64,000 bases of DNA, from the NCBI GenBank assembly GCA_965112155.1, contig OZ218108.1; one strand, given 5' to 3'. The position numbers were made by a program, and so were the translations under genes. The notes below the pieces were generated by a model. It did no database searches, was not told the origin of the DNA, and saw only the letters and a program-made list of their open reading frames with translations. Of this stretch, positions 13,227-24,940 are shown piece by piece; the stretch's first letter is position 1, and each line of letters opens with the position of its first letter. This stretch comes from Podarcis liolepis (lineage: Eukaryota).

Positions 13227-13642
13227 CAGTGGTGCCCCGCAAGACGAAATTAATTCGTTCCGCAATTTTTGTTGTCTAGCGAATTTTTCGTCTTGCGAAG
13301 CACGAAATCCCATAGGAATGCATTGAAAATCAATTAATGCGTTCCTATGGTCAAAAAAAGTCCAAACAAAGCCAAATTTGGTACAACAACAGTTTATTAA
13401 CTGCTCTTTAAAGTCACACATAATGTAAAGAGCAGTTCAAAAATTTAAGGGAAAATAAATTAACTTTATAAACAAAACATGTCTTTGTTTTTAGTCAAAG
13501 AAAAAAAAGTCGCGAGACGTTTTCGTCTTGCGAAGCAAGCCCATAGGGGAAATTCGTCTTGCGAGGCAAATCGCGAATGGAAAAACCTTTCGTCTAGCGA
13601 GTTTTTTGTCTTGCGAGGCATTCGTCTTGCGGGGCACCACTG
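13227..13642. mobile_element. Tigger/pogo-type MITE, same family as 3068-3390, opposite orientation
   Basis: Perfect TIRs CAGTGGTGCCCCGCAAGACGAA, TA TSD. Confidence 0.92.
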
Positions 13643-13869
13643 TATATAATGTACACGAATATGCAAAGCTTTTAATTCTACTTGGTGATTTCCAGCAATC
13701 CCCTCTATTGGCTGCATCCCCCTTAAAACTGTTTTTGAGGGTAGGGGGATCCTCTGAAATGAGATACTGCATCGGGAGCTGCAGTCAGTACGGGGGATTG
13801 CTGAAAATTTGGTGCCTTGCCATTTGTGTGTGGAGGCTCTTTCTGCTAGCCCAAAACCACCCTTGGATG

Positions 13870-14260
13870 CTACTAGAGCTGGACAAATATTTCAGTTTTA
13901 GTTTCTCCTAGCTTCTAACTTTTCAAGTTCAGTTCACCTTTCCACAGCAGTCTGCAATAAAGAGGGGTTCTCATGAAAAATCAGCCACTTTAGTGTCTAT
14001 TTCTCCTAACTTACACCTCTTTGTATGCAATTTGCCTAATGTGAACATTTTTGCAAAGCGTTTTTGACTAATGTAATGCATTTCTGTATGTTATTTTCAC
14101 TATTATATGCATGCTTTTACCCTAGTATATGCATTTTCGTTGCACATTACCTGGCTGTGGAACTGCATTGAATAACTCAGAAAGGGGCGAATTTTGAAGT
14201 ATGTCTATGTTTCAGTTTGCATATCGTTTTGCAAAATGCAAATTAGGCAAGTTCGCTTTA
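13870..14260. mobile_element. Probable old lizard interspersed repeat (DNA transposon-like)
   Basis: Recalled lacertid repeat style; boundaries approximate. Confidence 0.3.
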
Positions 14261-15226
14261 CATGGGGGATTTCTACCCCTTCTGCAGATACAACCTGTTA
14301 GGAATGGGCCTGAGTGAGGAAGTTCCCAATTGTTCCTACCATGTTTCTTGTTCTTGGTTAGAACAACTCAAGGAGCAGTTGAAGGTCCCACGTAGCCTCT
14401 GCCTCTGCTACACTAGCTATAAGAATCAGCACTCCTCCCTTAAGACAGAAGCAGTTATTCTGTGTGCCTAAACAAATGGTAGCTTTATCCATGATAGCAT
14501 TGCATTCTGTGTTTTTGGTGCTGCTTTTCTAATTCTTATTCTCCATTTAATAGACTGCCTATTTGTAAGGTTTGTTTAATGCTTCTAAACATAGCTCCAG
14601 TGTGTTCTAGCCTTTCCCCCTCCTCCCCCTTCTTCTTTGGGCTCCTTTTGTATTTAGCTCATTCCTTCTCATGCTTGTGATCTGTGTCCTTATTCCAGGC
14701 AGGGCAAACCCCTGTATTTTCTAGTCTACTGAGATCCCATTCCTGCCAAAGGAAAGGAAGAAAGAGAGGACTATCTTCCTTGTATCTCCCTTTTCTTCTA
14801 TGAAAAATCTTGCAACAAAGAATACGGCTCCTTTTCCCTGTAGTGTGAAGAGATTTCAGACAAAACACTTAACCTGCATCCAATCAGGATTTGCTGCCTC
14901 TGGTTGCCAAGGGAACTTCTTTATATTCACATCATTTTAGCATAACTCAATGACTACAGTTATTTGCGGTGACTTGGTGGGAAAGCACTACTGCGCGTTG
15001 GTGACTTTTCCAGTGTTTTCTCTAGTGTTTTGGGTAAGCCTTGCTGGAGAATATCCATTATTTCTCTGTAACACATAGCTAACAGAAAATGGCCATTGTA
15101 AGGAAACGATATAATACACACACAAGTGAAACATGCACAGGAATATTGCCCATTGTCCAGAATATATAGTGAAAGTTGTTATTCATTGCATATTTGGTGA
15201 AGGATCAGTTTTCTAAAACCTAGTTC

Positions 15227-15490
15227 ACCTTGAAGCTTTTTGCAGCAGCGACGAAACAATTCCTGAATCTATCCCATCTGTGGTGGGGAAGACCAAAAAG
15301 GAATGTTGCCTGTGTAATGTCAGAGATCAGTATCTGCCTCTGTTCTGAGTCATAATGAAAGTCAATAGTGCTCTGTACAATACATATAGATAATGCATGA
15401 ATATATGCAGTGGAAATCTGGTAGCCTTCCATATTAACTTCAGTATAATATGTTGTGGTTGTGTATTGAGTATTCCTTCTGAATCTCACC
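15227..15490 (-). pseudogene. Fossil gene: cadherin-like repeat, still open
   Basis: ORF 15220-15498: QYTTTTYYTEVNMEGYQISTAYIHA..STIDFHY..LFGL. Confidence 0.5.
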
Positions 15491-16313
15491 TGGTACATTT
15501 TGGAGAATAAGCATGTAGACTGCAGAATATATTTATATTTATTTTTCAGGTGTGGCTTTGCTAATAATTGTTAAACTTCATCCAAAGTTGGCTAATGGGC
15601 AGAGAGAGAACTCTCTCCTGCCCAGTCTACAGTGCCATTGATCCTCATCCAAACAGCCCAAAAATCATATTAAGACCTCCAGCTGCCCTTGCTGCCTTTG
15701 TCAGCAGCTAGAAAAGACATTTATTAGGTATATGGCAAGCTAGTGCCATTAATTTTCTTTGTGTAGCTAGTTAAGAGCCCATTAAATTTCACAGGTAAAG
15801 GGAATACAGAACATGCCCTGAATTCATCTCTTTGTGGGAATGAATAGGCTGTGTATATAAATGGGAAAACGTGTTGCGTAAAATTATATGGGTCTCTGCT
15901 CATGAGCAGATTTCAGATCATATTCTATTTAGGCTAAAATTGTGCATCTTACATCCCAAGGGCTTGTTCACACATTCCTGTTAACTGTTTGATAACTGCA
16001 GCAATGACTTGTATGAGTGTATAAACCAGCAGAGAGTTAAATGCAATTTTAACATTACTAGAAATGTTGAGCTGAAGCATTTAGCTGCTAGTCATTCCTT
16101 GTAATCAAGTTACTAAGCTGATGCTGCAACAGAATAACATGGTTGCCCCAATGAAAACTGTTCAGGTAATGTGCCTGCATCTGTGAATCAGCCCTAAATG
16201 TCTGGAATCTGACAAAATGTCTGTAGCCATCTAATCTTCAGCAAACCTGCAAGCATCTTAGGGGGGGGGGTGTTAATAAAGTTGAAGCAAGCTACTAGGC
16301 TTGAGAAGAACAG

Positions 16314-16315
<2 letters not shown>

Positions 16316-16349
<34 letters not shown>
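16316..16349. repeat. (CA)n microsatellite
   Basis: Direct read. Confidence 0.97.
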
Positions 16350-16351
<2 letters not shown>

Positions 16352-16686
16352 TTGAGGGATGGGGGGGAGAAAGTGCAGGAGGCTGAATATGTTCTGTCTT
16401 CCACTCCTGTTCCAAGGATCATAAAAATTTCACAACCCTCCCCCGCCCCGTTTACTTAGCATTGCTGTGCCCTAGATCTGACAATATATACCTCCAGTAG
16501 CTATAATGAAATCCATGGAAAGGAGGCACAAAGAATCGGGGGGGGGGAGGGGGGAGGAAGACATCAAATGATGGCAGCTTTTATTCCCTGCTGTTGAACT
16601 GAAAATGGGTAGATAGTTTGCAACCAAGGCTGGGGGGGAAAGCATTTAAACTTTATTTACAAGACAATAAATAATACAAAACCTAC

Positions 16687-17120
16687 CTGACAAATACTGG
16701 AGATGAGTGCTGTCATTGAATTCTTATATTGTAGCTGGTGATATTTTCTTTGAGACTCACTGAAATGAGCCATAAGTACTATTTTGGGGAGGAAAATGTT
16801 TTTACAGAGGCCCAAACAGTGCCATTGTTGCGGAAACATTGTGTGTTAGATGTGCAGTCAAATTGCTTGCCTTTATCCCATTTACGTGATGTATTAACTC
16901 CTCCGTTTATACACGGGGATATCAGATTTGTAGATTCAGACATTGTAGAGCTGCACATCTTTGTCCTGGCCTTTGTCTGATCCACCTTGCAAGGATTGCC
17001 GCCATAGATAGTTTACTCTGAGATCTAAATAGTGACGCGTTTAAAACACACAATAAGAGCTTAGTTTGGAACAAGGATTTCACCTCAAATCTTAACCTCC
17101 ATGCCAGCATTAGCAAGATG
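16687..17120 (-). pseudogene. Fossil gene: two tandem degenerate EGF-like repeats plus linker
   Basis: CWHGG*...YCVF, frameshift, YGGNPC; then C...SPCINGG...FDCTSNTQCFRNNG; donor CAG|gtaggt at 16687. Confidence 0.6.
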
Positions 17121-17149
17121 TGATTTGTGGGGGTCCCAGCCTGAGCACG

Positions 17150-17416
17150 TTCATGCCCCTTGCTAGGAGATTCCTGCATTGTAGGGGATTGGACCATAGC
17201 TGTCAACTTTCAGATTGAAAATAAGAGATCAGCAGCCTCACCTGTCCCGAGGACAGTCTAGGGGATATCTAACAATCTGGGATAGCAGTGGGAAGCAGCA
17301 GGAAACGGCGCTGGAATAAGGGAATTTCCCACAAAAAAAAAGGGAAGGTTGACAGCTATGGGTTGGACTAGATGTCCCTTGGGTCCCTTCCAGCTCTAAG
17401 ATTCTGTGATTCTATG
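17150..17416 (+). mobile_element. CR1-tailed SINE interrupted by a hAT MITE
   Basis: ttcctgcattgtagggg..ttggactagatgtccctt..ccttccagctct..attctgtgattctatga tail. Confidence 0.75.
17195..17360. mobile_element. hAT MITE
   Basis: 13-bp TIR CATAGCTGTCAAC/GTTGACAGCTATG; 8-bp TSD gattggac/ggttggac. Confidence 0.88.
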
Positions 17417-19354
17417 AAATGCCAGTCTATGTGCTACAAGAACTTTTAAAAATATTTGCATGACAATGCTGCTAGAATTTTCTTAAATTCAGATGGAGCT
17501 GACTGAAGTGTCATATCACATTAAGGAAAGTAAACTATATTCCAATTCCAAAGACTTAATTTTCAGACATATTACTCCCTCCAATATTGAACTCTGGTAG
17601 AGAGCAAACAGGATAGGAGGCAAAAGGGGAACCACTGAGAAACAGGTGAGATGTACCGGTATTTACATACTTGGATGAACTCGTATGGTGAAGTCTAGAA
17701 GATTTTGGTTTTTTAAAACGCAACAGGGAGAAAAAGCACACATGCCTAAAACAATTCATTGGGGGGTGGGGAGTAGTTTGGTGTGTTTGAGACACAGCTT
17801 AAAATGTGCTAGAGGGCACACGAGTGACTTTTTTGGAGCCCGAAACAGGAGCAGTCTGGATGTAGTTGGACAGCAGCTCCTGTTAATCTGTGGCATGGAC
17901 CACATGGGTTGACAGGGGCTGGAGTCCCAATGATTTCTGGGACGCCACAGGTTCCTCACCCGTGTGTTAGGATGTGAGGATGCACTGCAAGATTTTAGGC
18001 TACAGATTACCAGGGAGCAAGCCCATTGAACACAGCTGAATTTACTTCTGAGTAAAGCAAAGCTGTATAAAGTTGTGTTCTTTACTGCGTAATCTCAGAT
18101 GCCATTTTTCAGACTCTTTTAACCATAGGATTCTTTCAGAATTAGAATAAACAAGTAAGGACTTAATCCTTGCAGCAAGATTTTGCATCTTCATAAACAT
18201 GGCATTTAGAATATATCCTGCTCCCTTCTTATAGATTCAGAAGACTGAGATCTCTGGTTGTTTACATTTCTGATTGGTTTTTTTCAGAGTTCTGTAGTTC
18301 CCATGGCTACAAAGGCCATTTCAAGAACTCATAGATTCCGAAGCCATGCTGATAGAATTCTGCAAATTTTGTTTCCACTTCCCCTCCACAGAAATTCTGC
18401 CTCTGGTGTGTTTTCAACATGCGTCTGGGACTAGATCTTCAAATCAAACCCTGAATTAAATGTTTCCAAACAGAAGTAACACTTCATTCAGCTATCATGA
18501 CATTAAGTGCAGGCTAGAAATATGCATCTGACTATTACAACAGGTCCTCCAGCTCTCAGTGACATATGTCACTCTCTGGAATGCTCTGTGTCTGAAAAAA
18601 CGGCCTAGAACTTTGTGAACTATCTGGTGCGGCAGGCCAAATTCTGTCATTAAGGGGGGGAAAGAGCCTGCACTAGATGGTTTTGGTTTTTTTCAGCAGG
18701 TAGCCTTTCTGTAAAATCACAAACTGCTTTTGAAAACTTTCCTCCATTTCATAAGCAGTTTGCCGAATGGGGAGTCTACCCCAACCAGCCAGTTAGGAGC
18801 CCTGCTTGGCCTCCCAGAGGAGAGGGCAAAAGCAAATAATGTTCATCACTTTTTGTTCTTGCCTTTTTAATACATTAATATGTTTTGAGGGGAAATCATG
18901 ACCTGCTGATTTATTTATGAGTAACCGAAACGGCAGAAGATTTTTCAGAATCTTGACAAAACACCCATCTTGAAACTTGTACTGTATTGGATTTAGAATT
19001 ATTTGGGTAGTATGTGGAATCAACAAGGTCTATCTATTTTATTCTGCTATGTAGCATATTATACCACCTTATAAAAGTTACTGCAGAGTAGTTAAAGGAA
19101 CAAAATTTTACTCCACACACTGAATCCCTTTAGATTTTTGTGAATTCCAGACAAGCAACAAGATTAACCTGACAACTCTAATACTTAATTCCAATCTGCT
19201 CCCCTGTAAAAACAAACAAAAAACCCCCTTGTTTTTGTTAAACTAACCACACACAAACATACAATGAAAATTAAATAGCTGTAAAACTGTTGTTTGCACT
19301 TTTACCCAGTATTTAAAAGACAATTATTTCCAGAAAGTTGGCACTTGTAACCAT

Positions 19355-21180
19355 ACAGATGATAAAATTGATTCCAGTTACAGTCCATCTTTGTTTGGAC
19401 AGGAAATACCAGTAGTGTTTGAAAAATGGATTATTAAGGACTTTTGGTTCGCTGAAGGTGGCTCACACAGCAGCGTACTAGGAAAAAGTGTAGCGTTTCT
19501 CCTGCCCAGATTATTTTCTCTGCAAATCTTTGGAACAGGAAATAAAAAACAGCTAATGGTTCATGGGGCATGTGGAATTAGTTTAAGCAAACCTCAACCC
19601 TTCTCCTTCTGGCTGCCTCCTCTTTCCTATGCTGTTTTGTCTATGCTTGCCTCAGAATATGTCAACAAATTTCCTTTAAGCTCCAAAGAGGAGTGAGCAG
19701 TGGGAATGCAGGCAGTATAGTGGTCCTTTCCATTAAGGGGGAAAATTTAGAACAGATGTGCATTCAAGAAGGTACAAGTTGGTCTTGTTAAAATATTTGT
19801 AAAGAAAAATAGCTTCAGGATCTTCCAAATAAATCTCTATTGAGCTCTAGAGATATAAGAAAGGGGTATGGTTTTTGTTATTCTGATAGCATTCTTTCCA
19901 CACAATACTTGATGATGAATCAAGATACACTTAGATCTGGGAATCTAAACTGAAGAGGCATAAGTAGGAACAGAAAACAGTTGTGACTTGAGGCTGGATT
20001 ATTGTTTACTTAGTAGTTAATGAACAGAATAATTGTTTCATGGTTCTCTTATATCATCAAATTTGCTGGAAAGAATGCTGCAGCAGCAAAATGACTAATT
20101 AAAATAAAATCCTATATATCCTAGAGGTCTACAGCTTTGGATACAACTACACAACCATGCTTACTATATGTAGGATTCCTGGATGAGGTTTTCCCTTAGG
20201 AGATAAACACTTAGGAAATATCAGGGTATCGTTTGATGTATGTTATCCAAGTGGCATAGATCATTAAGAACAGGGTTTTGGGGCTAATATTTTCACAGGG
20301 ACAAGGGAAACACAGTGACCATTGCAAAGTGTTTTTTAAAAAATGCATTGTCATTTCTAAGCATGAATGGCATCCAAATGTATATTGAATCATTACAATT
20401 AGTTCAGTAATATTTTGGGTACTTAAATGCTACCTGATGATTCATTCTTCCAGTTCAATTTCTAAAGAAAAATGGTGCAAAAAAATGAAGCCAATATTAT
20501 TTAAATAAACTATTATGTATTAGACCTTAAGACATATTGAAACAGAACAGAACTTTTCTTTTTTTGTAATGTAGCTTTTATTAATTTTCATATTTAAACT
20601 GTTTAACAAGGTTGCATTGAGATTAATCTTTGTTTACAGTAGAGCATATGGTGTGAAACAATTACTTAAAAATAAAAATAAAACAACCATAAACATTCAG
20701 ATAAACTTTTCTGAATATATTAACAAAGTTGTGGCAAAGTGTATATACCAAAATTATTACGGTTACTACAGAGAACATAACTTTTATGATACTCCTTGCA
20801 GTTTGGTCTTGTCATGTCATCGGTCTCTGAACATTTTTAAAGTTTGCATGTTGTGTGTTTAAAACATGCTGTGCATTTTTAAAGCTTTTATCATCCCAAC
20901 TAATGATTTGGCTCCATGTTTTGGACATAGAGTTTTGAAGTTGGGGAAGAAGGAGAGAGGAACAGGAGGAGCTCAAGCTTCTACTCCCAAAACCCTATCC
21001 AGTCCTGCTCATGACATCCGTGGGCCTTTAACAAATATTAATATGTTTTAGGCTTCATTGGAATGTCAGTTGATATAGTAAGGCATATCATAGGTCAACG
21101 GCGAAAGTCAATTAGTCTTATTTGTCTTAGTTTGCCAAATCAGTCATTTTGTACCATGAGTCCACATTCTAGTTTATTGG
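19355..21180 (-). pseudogene. Fossil gene: block of consecutive cadherin repeats
   Basis: FGKLRQIRLIDF..PKTY*YLLKAHG (21010-21140); CENISPKTLFLMIYAT..KHGCVVVSKAVDL*DI*DF..IILFINY*VNNNP, frameshift, FSVPTYASSV..GKNAIRI (19860-20300); YTFS*YA..VLNNPFFKHYWY (19400-19500). Confidence 0.75.
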
Positions 21181-21728
21181 CCAATTATGTTTTGCCCATT
21201 TGACATCATGGCAAACCATGTTTTGTCTGCACTGAGCCATTGTGTATCAAGTACTGAAGTTAATTTATCTCCAAAATGTGTACTTTTACTTCCCTATGAT
21301 TAAGAACAACATACCACCACTCTTTTCTAATACAGTGGGGGAAAGGCACAGAAACATTGCCGAACCCTGGAAAATTGAAGTGCTTGTCCTTAGAATCCAG
21401 GTGTGTCTGGTTTCTTACTTCACCAAAGAAGCTTTTATTATCTTGAAATGTAGATATACTCCTGTCAGCAGCAGAAAATGCATTTCAGAAATGTGAGCTG
21501 GTAATATACTGATACTTATCTCTTACCAAAGTGCACAGGATATGAAATTGGCATCCTGAACATATAATAATAATAATAAACCAAGTTGCTGAATTATTGG
21601 AACATATATCTAAGAAACTGATACAGTGACAGATGAAGGTAGCCACTATTGCATACTCGTTTTATATGCCCTCTGTGCACACAGTTCAAAGTACAGGAAA
21701 ATAACCAATTCCACAATGTGTGTGTGAT

Positions 21729-21752
21729 ACACACACACACACACACACACAC
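21729..21752. repeat. (CA)n microsatellite
   Basis: Direct read. Confidence 0.95.
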
Positions 21753-21870
21753 GTACAGACAATTTTAATGGTGGCCTCCATGTGTTTCTAGGGAAAACTG
21801 TAATAATTCCAGTATGACCAGCAAAACTTGCCTTTGATTGCTGATTTGGCCTCTTTCTCATAATCCTTAG

Positions 21871-21980
21871 GACAGTGAAAAGAAAGGATTTATGAATAAG
21901 CTCTATGCCATCCAGGAAGTGTGTGTCAGTGTCCAGAACATCCTTGATGAAGTGGCTTCCTTTGGAGAAAGAATAAAGAA
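21871..21980 (+). CDS. MCTP1: MCTP1 exon (DSEKKGFMNKLYAIQEVCVSVQNILDEVASFGERIK)
   Basis: ccttag|GAC...AAGAA|gtgagt; 110 nt, phase 0/2; near-identical to recalled human MCTP1 C-terminal (PRT_C) region. Confidence 0.97.
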
Positions 21981-22069
21981 GTGAGTGTTGACACACTGGG
22001 GCTCAGTTTCTCTCAGATGGTGTTCACATGCCTGTGTTTCCCCAAGGAAGTTATGAAATGTTACCTGTT

Positions 22070-22335
22070 TTAATTTAGACAAAAAACATTGTTATGATGT
22101 ACATTGCAAAATAACATTATACATGTTTTGCCGCTGTTTGTAATTTTTATTGGGATTTTACAAAAAATATTTAGTACAGAACAGAAATAGCAGTGCATCT
22201 CTGAAGGAAGAAATAATTCTGAGTCATAGTTCATAGGCTTAACACTTTGTGACAAGAGATACCATGCAGATGGCCAAGCTGCCCCTGACACTCTTGAGAA
22301 TAACTGGTACTCTGTATCATCCTGCCAGATGGCAA
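22070..22335 (-). pseudogene. Fossil gene: cadherin fragment in MCTP1 intron 21981-23212
   Basis: TEYQLFS...SVKPMNYDSE (K.LDYE-like). Confidence 0.5.
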
Positions 22336-22595
22336 GAGCACATTAGGTGCTGATGTGGGGCAAATAGGTTATTTGTATGGGCTCTTGGGCAACTTCAGCG
22401 CAAGAGCCTGAGAACATGGGGTGGGTAGAATCAAAAGGATTTCAGAGACTTACACCCATTCCTAAAGAACTCACTTGAAAGCAACACTGACTGATTTCAA
22501 TGAAAATGGGTGTGTTTAAAAATCAGAGCCTTGTGCAAGGGCAGCTGGTTGTGTTTTGTCTCTCCTGCCTCTCCCACGGCACCGCCATCAGCACC

Positions 22596-23112
22596 TGTTT
22601 GGGGCAGGATCTCACCACGCTCTGAGCGGTGAGAAGTTTTAGGGGTTCCTACGTGTGCCCTGTGTTGTTTTTATTGGAATGAAGGTAACTGGAGACTTCT
22701 GGCATGTATGTGAAATCAGGTTTATTTATACAGAAACAGCATAAGATGGAAGGTTCACTCATCCTACTCTGCCATTTGGTTCTTAGGGGACTCTTGCATT
22801 TCAGACTCTGTTCCAAGGCTACAAGTCTACTGTTGTCTTTCAGATGGAGAGGTTCCTTGAGGAGATGACCTCTAACTGGGGAAGCAGGGGGAAGAAAGAC
22901 ATAGCAAGATCACCTCTACTTCACCATCTCTTTAGTTATGCAAAGGGACATTTTCTCAACTAAAGGGAATCTGCCAGGCTAAATTTGTCCAATCAGTCTG
23001 ACCTCTTCAGTAGTCTCTCTTTCTGCAGAATACAACCTTGCAACTATTTTTAAAAACCGAAGGGTCCCAGAGTATTTTATTCCCCTTCCTCATTTCATTT
23101 CATTACAATACA
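22596..23112 (-). mobile_element. Probable solo LTR
   Basis: TGT...ACA ends, minus-strand AATAAA signals, imperfect 5-bp flanks gcacc/atacc. Confidence 0.4.
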
Positions 23113-23212
23113 ATACCATGTTCGATCTGGCAGTGTGTCAAATTGCTAAGAAGTTGATAGGAAGGGATGGGAGGAGACAGCATGCCTTACTTCTGTTAAT
23201 TTTTTCATTCAG

Positions 23213-23322
23213 TACATTCAATTGGACTGTTCCGTTCTTGAGCTGGCTGGCAATCGTTGCCCTCTGTGTGTTCACAGTCATCCTGTATTTCACTCCACTG
23301 AGATACATTGTCCTTGTCTGGG
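23213..23322 (+). CDS. MCTP1: MCTP1 exon, second hydrophobic segment ([37 protein letters not shown])
   Basis: ttcag|TACA...TGGG|gtaagt; 110 nt, phase 2/1. Confidence 0.97.
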
Positions 23323-23829
23323 GTAAGTAAAGCCTTTCTTTCCCCTCCAAACCTGTCTATGCCACATAGAACAAACTGTTTATAAGGGATGAGTTATATT
23401 GTCAGTAGTTTTCTGTATTTATGATCATGAAGCTACTACATGATGGAAACAGACAGGTTAGTTAGAAATCACAACTGTGTAAAGATTTAGACTCACCTGC
23501 AAAACACATTTTTCTTGCCCAGCATCTTAGACTTAATCATGCTATAAACATGTATCCATGAGGATTCTTCATATATCAAACTGTAGCTTTGTCTAGATAT
23601 AACTCTGATTTATTTTCACCACTTATATAAAAATAGTGGCATTTCAATTTATATAGCACATTTAGGACAATATGCTTTTGTTTAGCCTTTTATCAAATGG
23701 AAATGTATAGAGGCAGTTCCTATGAACTAGCAATGAGAGGTCACCTTTAAATGAACAGAAAAAGATACATGTATATTACACAGGCTGCTTCATACATTTT
23801 TTAAAGTGTGCATTTGTGTGTATTTTAGA

Positions 23830-23965
23830 GCAGGAATAGCCTACATTGTGCCCTCTAGATGTTATTGGACTGCAATTTCTGCCATCCCTGACCATTGACC
23901 ATGCCTGCTGGCCATGATGGGAGTCCAAAAGCATCTTAAGGACACCATGTTGGCTAGTCTTGCTT
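23830..23965. mobile_element. Short palindromic squamate MITE (related copies ~30175-30270, 33325-33437, 37535-37650, 61490-61628)
   Basis: Recurring core gatgttgttggact..cccatcatccctgaccattgg..gatgggagtcca..catct seen several times in the window. Confidence 0.6.
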
Positions 23966-24247
23966 TAAAGTAACCAGCAGTGTAGAACGGCATGTGGTGA
24001 GTGAGAGTTAAAAGGTGTTTCAGTTAAACACTAAACTTGGGAGGCCTTTAGTTAGTAAAAATGTTCGTTTGATTTACTAGTTGGGACCAGAAGGCAAAAT
24101 CAAAATTCCCTCTGCCCCAAGGAGGAAAGGAAGAAAAATGAGAATCATAGGAGATCTTGGCAAGAATGGGGTTGTAGCCAATTGTGTCTTAATATCATTG
24201 TAAGAGCCACTGGACAATGTATTAATATGATTTATCACTTTATTTAG

Positions 24248-24345
24248 GGATCAATAAATTTACAAAGAAGCTCCGAAGTCCATATGCAATTGATAACAAT
24301 GAAGTACTTGATTTCCTTTCTAGAGTTCCTTCAGATGTGCAACTG
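24248..24345 (+). CDS. MCTP1: MCTP1 penultimate exon ([33 protein letters not shown])
   Basis: tttag|GGATC...CAACTG|gtatgc; 98 nt, phase 1/0; conserved DFLSRVPSD motif. Confidence 0.97.
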
Positions 24346-24597
24346 GTATGCATTTGACTTTGATCTTAAACTCATTAATTACTATTATCAGGCAGTGCTA
24401 ATTTCACATTTTGCCAATTTTTAATGTAATACCTTCAGTTACAGTTCTGGCAGACAGACAGACAGATATATATATAACAAGGAAGAATCTCAAAAGCTTC
24501 CATTCATTGTCTATGGATTTTGTAATAGGCATGGGTTTCTTTTGTGGGGATTTAAAAAAATAATAATCTTAAAACTAGTTCTGCATTCCAAATAGGC

Positions 24598-24940
24598 CTA
24601 TGTATATGTCACAGAGGCCTGCTGTTTGGGGGTGGGGGCGGCAAAGCATCGCACTTGGCATGCCCCTATGCCAAATATAGAGACAATGTAGTGCCAGGCT
24701 GTTTTGCCAGGCACTCCTCTCTTCAACCATGCATAGCCTGTGGTAGCAAACAGGAAGATGAAAGCAGAAGGAACCAGCTTATAAGCAGACAACTTTGCCC
24801 AGTATTTCATAGCAGCAAGATGATCATATGGAATTGTCGCCACAATCGCTGGTGGTGGAAATTATTCTTGAACCGTACGTTGCATGATGGGGACATTTTC
24901 AAAAACGTAAGGCTGTTGCACACTCTGCACATAAAATCAT
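24598..24940 (-). pseudogene. Fossil gene: cadherin repeat inside the last MCTP1 intron
   Basis: Single frame FYVQSVQQPYVFENVPIMQRTVQE*FPPPAIVATIPYD...ATTGYAWLKRG...HYIVSI...ASVTYT. Confidence 0.7.

Noticed and set aside
18170-18450. Extra EGF-like remnant (MSS*NGLCSHGNY) of the fossil gene
   Set aside because: Position fits but the motif is too eroded to list as a feature
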